From NCBI GenBank assembly GCA_964221845.1, contig CAXPZW010000055.1, positions 1,896 through 65,895 of the forward strand: a DNA stretch of 64,000 nt, in the 5' to 3' direction. The notes beneath the pieces were generated by a model. The model was not told the DNA's origin. It did not search any database and was given only the letters and a program-made list of their open reading frames with translations. Within the stretch, counting starts at the first letter, position 1. The number at the start of each line of letters is the position of its first letter. This stretch comes from Luminiphilus sp. GTDB lineage: Bacteria; Bacteroidota; Bacteroidia; Flavobacteriales_D; Sanyastnellaceae. A program made the translations under genes and the position numbers. This document shows positions 28,720 to 38,460 of this stretch, one piece after another.

Positions 28720-29466
28720 ATGCCCCTTCTTGAAGGAAAAGTTGCCCTGATCACTGGTGCCTCGCGAGGCATTGGCAAGGGCATTGCCGAAAAATTCGTG
28801 GCCGAAGGTGCCACCGTAGCATTCACCTACCGCAGCTCGGATGAAAAAGCCCGTGCGCTTGAGGCCGAACTCACGGCCAACGGCGGCACTGCAAAAGGCT
28901 TCAAGTCCGACGCCGGCGACTTCGAACAAGCCGCCAAGCTAGTAGAAGATGTGGTGAAGGAATTTGGCACTGTCGACATTGTGATCAACAATGCCGGCAT
29001 CACCCGCGACAATCTGTTGATGCGCATGAGCGAAGAGCACTGGGACGAGATCATGGACGTGAACCTCAAAAGCGTCTTCAACCTCACCAAGGCTGTGATG
29101 CGCACCATGCTCAAGGCCCGCTCGGGCTCCATCATCAACATGAGTTCGGTGGTGGGTGTCAAGGGCAACGCCGGTCAGGCCAACTACGCGGCTTCGAAAG
29201 CGGGCATCATCGGCTTTACCAAGTCAGTGGCCGCTGAGCTGGGTTCGCGCAACATCCGTTGCAACGCGGTGGCCCCTGGATTTATTGAAACTGAAATGAC
29301 CGCCGCGCTGGGCGAAGAAGTGATCCAGCAGTGGCGTGATGGCATTCCGCTCAAACGCGGTGGTTCGCCGGACGATGTGGCCAACCTGTGTCTGTTCTTG
29401 GCATCGGACATGAGCACCTACATCACCGGTCAGACCATCAACGTGGACGGCGGCATGCTCATGTAA
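28720..29466 (+). CDS. fabG: 3-oxoacyl-[ACP] reductase FabG
   Basis: LITGASRGIGKGIA cofactor motif, NNAGITRD, YAASKAG catalytic triad context. Confidence 0.8.
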   Translation: MPLLEGKVALITGASRGIGKGIAEKFVAEGATVAFTYRSSDEKARALEAELTANGGTAKGFKSDAGDFEQAAKLVEDVVKEFGTVDIVINNAGITRDNLLMRMSEEHWDEIMDVNLKSVFNLTKAVMRTMLKARSGSIINMSSVVGVKGNAGQANYAASKAGIIGFTKSVAAELGSRNIRCNAVAPGFIETEMTAALGEEVIQQWRDGIPLKRGGSPDDVANLCLFLASDMSTYITGQTINVDGGMLM

Positions 29467-29481
29467 CCGTCCCTCCCGCCT

Positions 29482-31566
29482 GTGGAACTGATTCTCGACG
29501 CCCCCAACTGGATCCTGGCCCTCTGCGTGCTCGCAGGGGTGACCTACGCCGCTGCGCTCTACACCAAGGACCGCTTGAACAGGCATTTCAGCAGGGGAGT
29601 CATCTTTGGCCTGTCCGCCTTGCGGTTCAGCGCGGTGACCCTCATTGCCCTGTTTTTGGCCCGCCCGCTAATCAAAACCGTGGAGCAAGACGTGGAGAAG
29701 CCCGTGGTGGTCATCGCCCAGGACAACTCCTCTTCGCTGGCCCTGGGGCCCGACTCTGCGCGTTACCGTGCGAGCTACGCCAATGAGCTGCGCACCTTTG
29801 CGGCCTCCTTGGCCGAGGACTACGACGTGCAGACCTACACCTTTGGCGAGCACCTGTCTCCCGGGCTGGACACCTTGGATTTTTCGGAGAAAACCACCGA
29901 CTATACGTCTCTGCTCGATGAGCTCTACGCCACCTACAGCAACCGCAACTTGGGCGCCGTGGTGGTGGCCAGCGACGGCCGCTACAACCGCGGGGTCAAT
30001 CCGGTCTACAGCTTCCAAAAGCTGAACGCACCGGTGTACACCATCGCCCTGGGCGATACTGCCGCACGCCGCGATGTGCAAATCGCCGAGGTGGCACACA
30101 ACCGCTTGGCCTACTTGGGCAACCGGTTCCCAGTGGAAGTGCGCGTAGAAGGGTTCGAAGTCCCGGGCGAATCGGCCACGGTCACCATCGCACGCAAAGG
30201 CCAAGCGCTGTATAGCGAAGTGGTCAAATTCGATGGACCTGCGCACAGCCAAGTGGTACGCACCACGCTGGAAACCGAAGAAACCGGATTGCAGCAGTAC
30301 GTGGTTTCGGTGTCGGTGTTGGACCAGGAAGTCACCACCGCCAACAACCGTGAGGCGTTCTTCATTGATGTGCTGGACAGTCGCCAAAAAGTGCTGTTGC
30401 TGCACCGCGCTCCCCACCCGGATGTCAAGGCCTTGCGCTACGCCATGGCGAGCAATGCCAACTACGAAGTGCAGGTAGCTACCTTGGACGACTTTGACGG
30501 CGAGGTGACCGACTACAACCTGGTGGTCTTTCACGGCTTGCCCAACGGCACCGATGCTGCAGCACTGGCGCGCGAAGCTGCCGAAGGCGATGTGCCCGCG
30601 TGGTACATCTGGACCTCCTCCACCCTCTTCCGCGAGTTCAACAACCTGGGCACGGGAGCCAAGCTTACTGGCGGCTCGGGCAAAACCACCGACGCGGGCG
30701 CCGAATGGTCGGACGGCTTTACGCTGTTCACCTTGAGCGAGTCGACCCAAAAACGTTTTCGCAATTATCCCCCACTCACCCTGCCCTTTGGAAACCTAGA
30801 CATGAGCCCAGGCATGAGCCCCATGCTCTTCCAACGCGTAGGGCAAATCAAGACCGAACAGCCTTTGTTGGCGTTCAACACCTCACAGGGTCGCAAGCTC
30901 GCAGTCACCACCGGAGAAGGCCTCTGGCGTTGGCGCCTGTTTGACTACTTGGAAGACGGGAACCACGCCGCGTTTGACGAGTGGGTCACCAAAACGGTGC
31001 AATACCTCGCGGCCAAGGACGACAAGAGCCAATTCCGAGTAGCCGGTGAGACCGATTTGCTGGAAAACCAGGCCGTGCGCTTTGAGGCCGAATTGTACAA
31101 CGACGCCTACGAGCCCATCAACAGCCCTGAGGTGACCATGACCCTCACCAGCGAAGAAGGCAACACCTACGACCGCGTGTTTACCCGCGCCGGGGACGGT
31201 TACCGCCTGGATGCGGGAAGCCTTCCTGTGGGCCAGTACAGCTACCAAGCCCAAACCCAGCTCGGGGGCAAGACCCTGACTGAACGCGGAGAATTCTCCA
31301 TCTCCCCCATCCAACTCGAGCTCACCGAAACCCGTGCCGACCACGCCCTGATGTTCAATTTTGCCCAAGCCAACGGTGGCCAAATGGTGGATTCACAAGA
31401 ATTGGGGAAATTGGAAGGGCTCGTGCGTAACTCGGGCAATGTGCAAAGCGTCATCCATGAGTCAAGGGTGCTGTCAGACCTGATCAACACCCCTTGGCTG
31501 CTATACCTCATCGTGGGGTTGCTCGCCCTGGAATGGCTCTGGCGCAAGCGCAACGGAACTTATTAA
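29482..31566 (+). CDS. BatA-like N-terminal double-TM domain membrane protein (694 aa) with C-terminal TM anchor
   Basis: Two N-terminal TM helices (ILALCVLAGVTYAAAL; VIFGLSALRFSAVTLIALFLA), large extracytoplasmic body, C-terminal TM LLYLIVGLLALEWLW. Confidence 0.4.
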   Translation: MELILDAPNWILALCVLAGVTYAAALYTKDRLNRHFSRGVIFGLSALRFSAVTLIALFLARPLIKTVEQDVEKPVVVIAQDNSSSLALGPDSARYRASYANELRTFAASLAEDYDVQTYTFGEHLSPGLDTLDFSEKTTDYTSLLDELYATYSNRNLGAVVVASDGRYNRGVNPVYSFQKLNAPVYTIALGDTAARRDVQIAEVAHNRLAYLGNRFPVEVRVEGFEVPGESATVTIARKGQALYSEVVKFDGPAHSQVVRTTLETEETGLQQYVVSVSVLDQEVTTANNREAFFIDVLDSRQKVLLLHRAPHPDVKALRYAMASNANYEVQVATLDDFDGEVTDYNLVVFHGLPNGTDAAALAREAAEGDVPAWYIWTSSTLFREFNNLGTGAKLTGGSGKTTDAGAEWSDGFTLFTLSESTQKRFRNYPPLTLPFGNLDMSPGMSPMLFQRVGQIKTEQPLLAFNTSQGRKLAVTTGEGLWRWRLFDYLEDGNHAAFDEWVTKTVQYLAAKDDKSQFRVAGETDLLENQAVRFEAELYNDAYEPINSPEVTMTLTSEEGNTYDRVFTRAGDGYRLDAGSLPVGQYSYQAQTQLGGKTLTERGEFSISPIQLELTETRADHALMFNFAQANGGQMVDSQELGKLEGLVRNSGNVQSVIHESRVLSDLINTPWLLYLIVGLLALEWLWRKRNGTY

Positions 31567-31577
31567 ACACAATCATT

Positions 31578-32423
31578 ATGGCAACCAACTTCAACCGAAC
31601 CGGCAATTCTCTATCCGGACGCAACCGCCTGCTCATTTTCCTTGGCTTAGCGGTCATCACTTTTCTGCTGCTGTTCCGCAGCTTGACATACACTATTGAC
31701 TCTGGATACGCCGGCTTGGTGTTTCACACTTTTGGCAACGGCATTGACCCGAATGAAGAGGCGCGAGGACAAGGCTTCCACTGGAAAGCCCCTTGGGACA
31801 AGGTGGTCAAATACGAAGTGCGCCAGCAAGAGGCCAAAGAACGCCTTGAAGTGTTGAGTTCCAACCTGCTCAAGATCGAACTCGACGTGAGTATTTTCTA
31901 CCAACCACAACTCAACAAGCTCGGCTACCTAGAAACCGAACGTGGCGCCAACTATGCCGATCGGGTGATTGTGCCAGCGATGCGCTCGGTCGCGCGCGAG
32001 GTCATTGCTCAATACTTGCCCGAGGAAATCAACACCACCAAACGCGAATTGATCCAGACGCAAATCGAAGAGCAATTTGAGGCGAAACTCGCAGCCAACT
32101 TCATTCAATGCAACGACGTGCTTATTCGCAAAGTCAAACTGCCCCTGAAGCTGGAAGAATCCATCGAACGTAAGCTCCAACAAGAGCAAGAGTCCTTGGA
32201 ATACGAATTCCGCCTGGTGAAAGAGTCCAAAGAAGCCGAGCGCAAGCGCATTGAAGCAGAGGGCATTCGTGCCTTCCAAGACATCGTTACCCAATCGGTG
32301 ACCGACGACCTGCTCAAGTGGAAAGGCATTGAGGCCACCACACAACTCGCCGAAAGCGACAACGCCAAGATTGTCATCATCGGGAACGAGGACGGCCTGC
32401 CACTGATCTTGGGCAATGAGTAA
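31578..32423 (+). CDS. SPFH/Band-7 (prohibitin-like) protein
   Basis: N-terminal TM then SPFH domain, coiled-coil C-terminal part (ESIERKLQQEQESLEYEFRLVKESKEAERKRIEAEG). Confidence 0.7.
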   Translation: MATNFNRTGNSLSGRNRLLIFLGLAVITFLLLFRSLTYTIDSGYAGLVFHTFGNGIDPNEEARGQGFHWKAPWDKVVKYEVRQQEAKERLEVLSSNLLKIELDVSIFYQPQLNKLGYLETERGANYADRVIVPAMRSVAREVIAQYLPEEINTTKRELIQTQIEEQFEAKLAANFIQCNDVLIRKVKLPLKLEESIERKLQQEQESLEYEFRLVKESKEAERKRIEAEGIRAFQDIVTQSVTDDLLKWKGIEATTQLAESDNAKIVIIGNEDGLPLILGNE

Positions 32424-33048
32424 CGAACGCGCACGCCGCCGCAGACGCCGCACGGGACTGGTGGTACTGGTCCTGCTGGTGTTGGCCGTCATTTATCGCG
32501 AACGCCTGCTTCAAGGCACCGGCAGCTTTCTGATGGCCACCGATGCCACAGCACAGGTGGATGCTGTGTTCGTCTTGGGCGGAAGCTCGTACGAACGCGG
32601 GCTTGAAGCGGTGGTGATGATGGACAGCGGGTACGTATCCGGACCGGTGGTGTGCACCGGTGGCAACGTACCATCCATCCTGGCCGCTTTGGACACCGCC
32701 ATGTTCGAGGCCGATTGCACCAAACAATTTTTGGAAAACGAAGGGCTGCCCGCTGAACGCGTGGTGGCCCTTACGGGTTCCACCAGCACCCAAGAGGAGA
32801 GCGATGAGATCCTGGCCTACTGCAAAGAGCAAGGGCTCAGCAACATCATGGTGATCAGCTCCAACTTGCACATGCGCCGCGTGCGGTGGGTGTTTGAAGA
32901 CAAGTTTGCCGATGCCGGCATTGCAGTCAACTTTCACGGTGCGCCCTCACAACAGTGGGACGATGAGCTGTGGTGGAAGAGCGAAGGTGGGCTCATCATG
33001 GTCAACAATGAATACGTGAAGCTTTTCTATTACGCGGTGAAGTATTGA
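32416..33048 (+). CDS. DUF218 (YdcF/SanA/ElyC family) protein
   Basis: N-terminal TM, DAVFVLGGS...VVCTGG motif typical of DUF218. Confidence 0.6.
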   Translation: MSNERARRRRRRTGLVVLVLLVLAVIYRERLLQGTGSFLMATDATAQVDAVFVLGGSSYERGLEAVVMMDSGYVSGPVVCTGGNVPSILAALDTAMFEADCTKQFLENEGLPAERVVALTGSTSTQEESDEILAYCKEQGLSNIMVISSNLHMRRVRWVFEDKFADAGIAVNFHGAPSQQWDDELWWKSEGGLIMVNNEYVKLFYYAVKY

Positions 33049-33210
33049 CATGCTTCGCATCCCTTGACGCCACAGCATGACGCCTGATACCGCGACAACT
33101 CACGTTGAATTCCTGACGATGCCGCACGTAGATGCATCAAGGGATAATCCTTCGAAAAGACGGATCTCTACCGGATCAATTTTCGTATATTTCGCCCTCT
33201 AGTTATTTCT

Positions 33211-33600
33211 ATGAAAAATTTAATTGCTTCGCTGTATATCGTTTTTTCATCGATGTATGGGATTTGTCAATACACATCTCCTCAAGTGACGGCTGCTTCT
33301 GGAGGCACGGGCTCCTCGGCTTCTGCCACCTTGCAGTGGACCTTAGGTGAACCGGTCATCCAGACCGCATTGGGCAGCTCAGCACAACTGACTTGTGGCT
33401 TCCATCAAACCGACGCTTTCTGTTTCGGCGACTTCAACTTTGATGGCCAAATCAATACCAACGATGTGTTGATCCTCTTGGGCGAATGGGCCTGTCAAGG
33501 GGTGTGTTTGGCTGATATGGACCAGGATGGAGAAGTGGGCACCACGGACATCCTCCTGCTTCTCGGCACATTTGGAACATCCTGTTACGCAGAACTCTAG
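33211..33600 (+). CDS. Small secreted protein with two dockerin/EF-hand-like Ca-binding repeats
   Basis: DFNFDGQINTNDVLILLGEW and DMDQDGEVGTTDILLLLGTF; AT-rich 5' end atypical for this genome. Confidence 0.5.
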   Translation: MKNLIASLYIVFSSMYGICQYTSPQVTAASGGTGSSASATLQWTLGEPVIQTALGSSAQLTCGFHQTDAFCFGDFNFDGQINTNDVLILLGEWACQGVCLADMDQDGEVGTTDILLLLGTFGTSCYAEL

Positions 33601-33603
33601 AGC

Positions 33604-34743
33604 ATGAAACAGTTGTTCTTGAGTTTAATCACTGTGCTGATCACAGCCAGTGCATGGGCGCAAAGTCCCTTCCAATTCAACTTCCAAGCGGTAGCCCGCA
33701 ACTTGGCCGGCAACCCTTTGACCAACCAATCGGTTGATTTCCGCCTGAGCGTGCTTCAAGGAGCCATGGACGGTACCGCGGTCTACGTGGAAGAACAATC
33801 CGCGACCACCAACAACTTCGGCTTGGCCAACCTGTTGGTGGGCAGTGGTACGCCGTCTCTGGGCAGTTTGTCTGCGGTAGATTGGGCCAACGGTCCCTAC
33901 TTCCTGCAGATTGAGCTGGACATCCAAAACGGCGAAGGCTACCAATTGATGGGCACCAGCGCATTGGCCAGTGTGCCCTATGCCTTGCATGCAAAAACCA
34001 GCGAGCAAGCTGGACCTGAAGGGCCACAAGGCGAACCAGGGGAACAAGGACCCCCAGGGGAAAATGGAGCAACCGGTCAAAGCGCTTACGAGCTTTGGCT
34101 TTCCCTGGGCAACGGGGGTACCGAAGAAGACTTCTTAGCATCGTTGGTAGGGCCGCAAGGTGAGCCCGGATCCGGCGGATCTAGTGGGTTTACGCATTTC
34201 TTGGGCGAGGCTTTCGGTGGTGGTATTGTCTTCCATTTGTGGCTGGACCCCATTACAGGTGAGGAGCACGGACTTGTGGTTTGTCCCGAACTTTTTCCCA
34301 ACGCAAAATGGGGCTACAATGGCATCCAAGTCAATGTCACAAGCCGCACAAATGGTATGGCCAATTTGGACAGCGTGCGGGTGATAGGGGTTGAACCCAA
34401 CACCATTTGGTCCGTTGTTGACACGTTGAATTATAGTGGGTATTCGGACTGGTACATCCCAGCAAGACATGAGGCACAAATGCTGGCAAACAATGCGCTC
34501 TTCGTACAGAATAGTATGGCTCAGCTGGGTTACCCTCCATTTTCACAGAACGGTGATATCTACTACCAGCACGGTGGCGTGCGAATGTGGACCTCTAGTA
34601 AGCCGCCATTTACTGGTGTTACTACAGCAATTGCATGGGACCCAAATGATGGTTTCAGAGGGTCAAGTCATACCGCTAGTTCAAACTCCTATTGGAGCGA
34701 GAGATCAGATACCATGCGTTTTTTCCCGATTCGACGATTTTAA
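33604..34743 (+). CDS. Collagen-like surface protein with phage-tail-fibre-type motif and DUF1566/Lcl-C-terminal-like domain (paralog A)
   Basis: Signal peptide; GPEGPQGEPGEQGPPGENGATGQ; SAYELWLSLGNGGTEEDFLASLVGPQGEPG; C-terminal YSDWYIPARHEAQML resembles DUF1566. Confidence 0.6.
   Translation: MKQLFLSLITVLITASAWAQSPFQFNFQAVARNLAGNPLTNQSVDFRLSVLQGAMDGTAVYVEEQSATTNNFGLANLLVGSGTPSLGSLSAVDWANGPYFLQIELDIQNGEGYQLMGTSALASVPYALHAKTSEQAGPEGPQGEPGEQGPPGENGATGQSAYELWLSLGNGGTEEDFLASLVGPQGEPGSGGSSGFTHFLGEAFGGGIVFHLWLDPITGEEHGLVVCPELFPNAKWGYNGIQVNVTSRTNGMANLDSVRVIGVEPNTIWSVVDTLNYSGYSDWYIPARHEAQMLANNALFVQNSMAQLGYPPFSQNGDIYYQHGGVRMWTSSKPPFTGVTTAIAWDPNDGFRGSSHTASSNSYWSERSDTMRFFPIRRF
33665..34050 (+). repeat. 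385-bp direct repeat copy 1 (about 97% identical to 34867..35252)
   Basis: Direct alignment shows about 10 mismatches, mostly synonymous transitions. Confidence 0.85.
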
Positions 34744-34800
34744 TTGAACGTTTCTCGCCTGAATTGAAACAGGACAACCTCTGCATCAAAACCTGACCAT

Positions 34801-36573
34801 ATGTTGACGAGAACCTCAGCGATCATTGCGCTTTGCTTGATTTGGACGACTGCGGCCTGGAGCCAATCGCCCTTCCAATTCAACTTCCAAGCGGTAGCCC
34901 GCAACTTGGCCGGCAACCCCTTGACCAACCAATCGGTTGATTTCCGCCTGAGCGTGCTTCAAGGAGCCATGGACGGTACTGCGGTCTACGTGGAAGAACA
35001 ACCCGCGACCACCAACAACTTTGGCTTGGCCAACCTGTTGGTGGGCAGTGGCACGCCGTCTCTGGGCAGCTTGTCTGCGGTAGATTGGGCCAACGGTCCC
35101 TACTTCCTGCAGATTGAGCTGGACATCCAAAACGGCGAAGGTTACCAATTGATGGGCACCAGCGCATTGACCAGTGTGCCCTATGCCTTGCATGCAAAAA
35201 CCAGCGAGCAAGCAGGACCTGAAGGGCCACAAGGAGAACCAGGGGAACAAGGGGAACAAGGACCCGCAGGGGAACAAGGCGAAGCCGGCGCAGGCGTGTC
35301 TCAAGTTGAAATCATCAACGATAGCCTGTGGCTGACCTTAACCACCGGTGAAATCCAGAACGCAGGGCGTGTGGTGCCTGCATTGGATTCATTGCTGAGC
35401 AGTATTGGTGTGCTCTCCTCAGGGGGCGGCTGCAATCCGCGCTTTCCGGAAGGATACGGCACCTTCATTCATCACACCATTCTAGCCACCGACCCGGGCT
35501 ATACAGTACCTGACGGATACAACCTCTATGTGATCGGAGGAGGGGCCGACGGCTACACCATCGACCAACAAGACTACCTCACCCAAGGGGCCTCCTGGGG
35601 AGCTCCAACAAATCCATTGATTGTTCCCAGCGGCGCATTGTACAGAGTGGACATTCTTGGAACAACCTTGGATATGTCATTCAGAGGTTGGTTGGTTCCT
35701 GTCTCGTCCGAAGTCGAGGTTGTCGACATTTATTTGAATGCCACAGACCCCAATGAAGCCAGTGAATTTATTGTTCCTGATGGCAAAGAGTTCGTGTTGC
35801 TGCGAGCATACGCCTGGGATGGGACTTACGAGATTGACGGAGTCACATGGGACCTTGACGGGACCACCTCCGATTGGTACCTCAACTTTCCCTCTGGAAG
35901 CCGCATTTTCGACCCTGGGGTGGGCTATGTCTACGGCTACTTGGTCAATGAAGGCTACTTTGAGAATTGCAGTGGAAGTTCGGTGGGAACTTCTGCAGGA
36001 GCTGATGGTCAAAGCGCTTACGAGCTTTGGCTTTCCTTGGGCAACGAAGGCTCGGAAGAAGATTTCTTGGCATCGCTGGTAGGGCCGCAAGGTGAGCCTG
36101 GACCAGCAAGTGATTCGGCTCAAGAACGACTTCACATTGAATTTGCAGGCGACGCCCCTACCAATGTGTGGTCTGCGGTTTCGGACACGTACGCCGTTAG
36201 CGCAGGGGAATACTATCGCTTGAACGCAAACACACCTTACACTTATGTGAGTGGAGGAAGTTGTACAAAAATTTGGTTCCGACTTTGGGATGTAGACACC
36301 CAACAAGTACTGGACATAAGCGCAGTTCGGGAGCATTTCATCTACAATTCGGGCGACCAGCAACAAATTCAACTCTACAACCCACCAGTCCCGCTGCATG
36401 CCCTTGGGGTATGTGGAGCAGCCAACACCTTTCAGCTTGAACAGTTTCAGGAGTTTTACCTCCAATCCAACCAAGATGCAAACGTGGAATTGCAGTGGAG
36501 AATACAAAGTGCACAGGTATTCTCATGGCCTGAAGCTGTGAAAGTGAGAGGCACGCTCTCTCAGGGGTGGTAA
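34801..36573 (+). CDS. Collagen-like surface protein, mosaic paralog B (590 aa) with extra inserted domains and a different C-terminal domain
   Basis: N-terminal 130 aa about 97% identical to paralog A; GXY run; second copy of the SAYELWLSLGNEGSEEDFLASLVGPQGEPG module at about 36007-36110. Confidence 0.6.
   Translation: MLTRTSAIIALCLIWTTAAWSQSPFQFNFQAVARNLAGNPLTNQSVDFRLSVLQGAMDGTAVYVEEQPATTNNFGLANLLVGSGTPSLGSLSAVDWANGPYFLQIELDIQNGEGYQLMGTSALTSVPYALHAKTSEQAGPEGPQGEPGEQGEQGPAGEQGEAGAGVSQVEIINDSLWLTLTTGEIQNAGRVVPALDSLLSSIGVLSSGGGCNPRFPEGYGTFIHHTILATDPGYTVPDGYNLYVIGGGADGYTIDQQDYLTQGASWGAPTNPLIVPSGALYRVDILGTTLDMSFRGWLVPVSSEVEVVDIYLNATDPNEASEFIVPDGKEFVLLRAYAWDGTYEIDGVTWDLDGTTSDWYLNFPSGSRIFDPGVGYVYGYLVNEGYFENCSGSSVGTSAGADGQSAYELWLSLGNEGSEEDFLASLVGPQGEPGPASDSAQERLHIEFAGDAPTNVWSAVSDTYAVSAGEYYRLNANTPYTYVSGGSCTKIWFRLWDVDTQQVLDISAVREHFIYNSGDQQQIQLYNPPVPLHALGVCGAANTFQLEQFQEFYLQSNQDANVELQWRIQSAQVFSWPEAVKVRGTLSQGW
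34867..35252 (+). repeat. 385-bp direct repeat copy 2
   Basis: See copy 1. Confidence 0.85.
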
Positions 36574-36764
36574 CGGCAGCCGTGCTGCCTTTGCTCAGCC
36601 GCAAATCGGGCTATTTCACTTCGTGTTGAAGGGCAAAGACGCAACCATATGAGGTTTACATGATCTCGTATGGGACCGAGATGAATGGGCATGAGCTGCA
36701 GACTTTCTTGACTTTACTTCGCACTTAACTGCGCTTTCCCAGCAACCCAGTTGGGGATCTTGGG

Positions 36765-36797
36765 CACAAAAAAAGGCCGCAAACTGCGGCCTTCCTC
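36765..36797 (-). terminator. Rho-independent terminator downstream of rpmB (ggccgcaaactgcggcc hairpin + T-run on minus strand)
   Basis: caaaaaaaggccgcaaactgcggcc read on plus strand. Confidence 0.5.
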
Positions 36798-36815
36798 ACT
36801 ATCATGAACAGGGGC

Positions 36816-37055
36816 TTAACCCTTGTAAATACCAGCTGCTTTGGAGCGCTTGATCATCTCCTCAATGCCCAGCTTGTTTACAGAGCGCAGGGCCTGAGTG
36901 CTGATCTTCAAGGAAATCCACTTGTCTTCGCTCTCCAGGTAAAAGCGCTTCTTGACCAGGTTCGGGTAGAACTTGCGCTTGGTTTTACGCTGTGAGTGGG
37001 ATACGTTGTTACCGGTCATTACTTTCTTGCCGGTCAGTTCACATACTCGTGCCAT
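36816..37055 (-). CDS. rpmB: 50S ribosomal protein L28
   Basis: MARVCELTGKKVMTGNNVSHSQRKTKRKF, the L28 signature. Confidence 0.85.
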   Translation of the reverse strand: MARVCELTGKKVMTGNNVSHSQRKTKRKFYPNLVKKRFYLESEDKWISLKISTQALRSVNKLGIEEMIKRSKAAGIYKG

Positions 37056-37128
37056 CTTCTTCTGCGTTAGCTTGGGTCCTTAAAAAAGGAGTGCAAAGAT
37101 GCGCATTGATTCCGGGAACCGCAAGGGT

Positions 37129-38391
37129 TTAGCCCTGTATTTTTTTGCGCAGCATGTCCAATACATAGAGCGTGGCGCGTTGGATGTTTCGTTCGCGGCT
37201 GCGTGAGAAGGTTTTGACCTTGCTCTCTACTCCATCCGGACTGGCTACGGCCATCCATACAGTACCCACCGGCTTTTCTTCGGATCCACCATCAGGACCA
37301 GCAACGCCGCTTGTGGCCACGGCGTAGGTGGTCCCCAAGGCTTTGCGTGCTCCGCGGGCCATTTGTTCCACCACCGCTTGGCTCACTGCACCGTAGGCTT
37401 CCAAGTCGGCTTGGGTTACCCCGAGCAGGTTCATTTTGACCTCATTGGCGTAGGCCACCACCCCGCCTTGGAAGAAAGCTGAGCTGCCTGGGCGCTGGGT
37501 CAGCAGCTGGGCAATGGTGCCTCCGGTGCAGCTTTCGGCTGTGGACACCGTAGCGTTGTTTGCCACGAGCAGTTCTCCCACCACCTGCCACAGCGGGGTG
37601 TTGTCAAAGCCGTATACGATGTCTGGGATCAGGGCCACGAGGGCGTCCTTTTCTTCATCCACTACGCGGGTGAGTGCGGCTTCATCCGGTCCGGAAGCGC
37701 TGAGTCGGATGCGCACCTGGCCGGGACCTGGCAGGTAGGCCAGTTTGATGCCTTTGCCGGGCAACGCCTTGGCCCAGTCGGCAATGCGCTGGGCGATGAA
37801 CGACTCGCCTTGACCTTGAGTCATGATGGTACGATGTACAATGGCCGGGCGATCAAAGCGTTGGGCCACGCGCTCAAACACCTCATCCTGCATGATGCCC
37901 TTCATCTCGTGAGGTACACCTGGCATGGACACAAACACGGTGTCATTCTGCTCAAACCACATCCCGCTTGCGGTGCCGCGTGAGTTGCGCAAAACCGTAC
38001 ACGCCTTGGGCAAATCGGCTTGTTGGCGGTTGACCTCGAGCAAAGGCAGACCGGCACGGGTGAAGAAGCCTTCGATTTCCTGCAAGACCGCTGTGTTGCG
38101 CTCCAAGGTGGTGTTGAAGTACTCGCAAAGGGTGGGTTTGGTGATGTCGTCGGTGGTGGGTCCCAGGCCGCCGGTCATGAGGACCAATTGGACGCGCGAC
38201 TCCGCATTTGCCAAGGCTTGAAGGATGCGTGCGCGTTCGTCTGGGATGGAGGTGACCTGGTAGACGGTCACCCCAATTTTGGCCAACTCGGCGCCCAACC
38301 AGGCGGAATTGGTGTCGACCGTCTGCCCAATGAGCAGTTCGTCACCGATGGTAATGATTTCAGCTAGCACGGTGTTTGTTGGGTAGTGCAA
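37129..38391 (-). CDS. cinA: CinA-family competence/damage-inducible protein (MoCF-binding + NMN deamidase domains)
   Basis: N-terminal MoCF-binding domain ITIGDELLIGQTVDTNSAWL; C-terminal CinA domain ESCTGGTIAQ. Confidence 0.8.
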   Translation of the reverse strand: MHYPTNTVLAEIITIGDELLIGQTVDTNSAWLGAELAKIGVTVYQVTSIPDERARILQALANAESRVQLVLMTGGLGPTTDDITKPTLCEYFNTTLERNTAVLQEIEGFFTRAGLPLLEVNRQQADLPKACTVLRNSRGTASGMWFEQNDTVFVSMPGVPHEMKGIMQDEVFERVAQRFDRPAIVHRTIMTQGQGESFIAQRIADWAKALPGKGIKLAYLPGPGQVRIRLSASGPDEAALTRVVDEEKDALVALIPDIVYGFDNTPLWQVVGELLVANNATVSTAESCTGGTIAQLLTQRPGSSAFFQGGVVAYANEVKMNLLGVTQADLEAYGAVSQAVVEQMARGARKALGTTYAVATSGVAGPDGGSEEKPVGTVWMAVASPDGVESKVKTFSRSRERNIQRATLYVLDMLRKKIQG

Positions 38392-38460
38392 AAGAACGCC
38401 ATTTCACTGCGCCGGCGCGTGCGGTGGATTGGGTAATTTTCACCCCGCAATCGCAACCCC

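Noticed and set aside
35677-36507. 276-aa minus-strand ORF inside collagen-like paralog B
   Set aside because: It is antisense to a gene with a signal peptide and conserved modules, and it has no motifs.
33120-36573. Diversity-generating retroelement at the collagen-like paralogs
   Set aside because: Mismatches between the two repeat copies are mostly C/T transitions rather than adenine-specific. There is no reverse transcriptase nearby.
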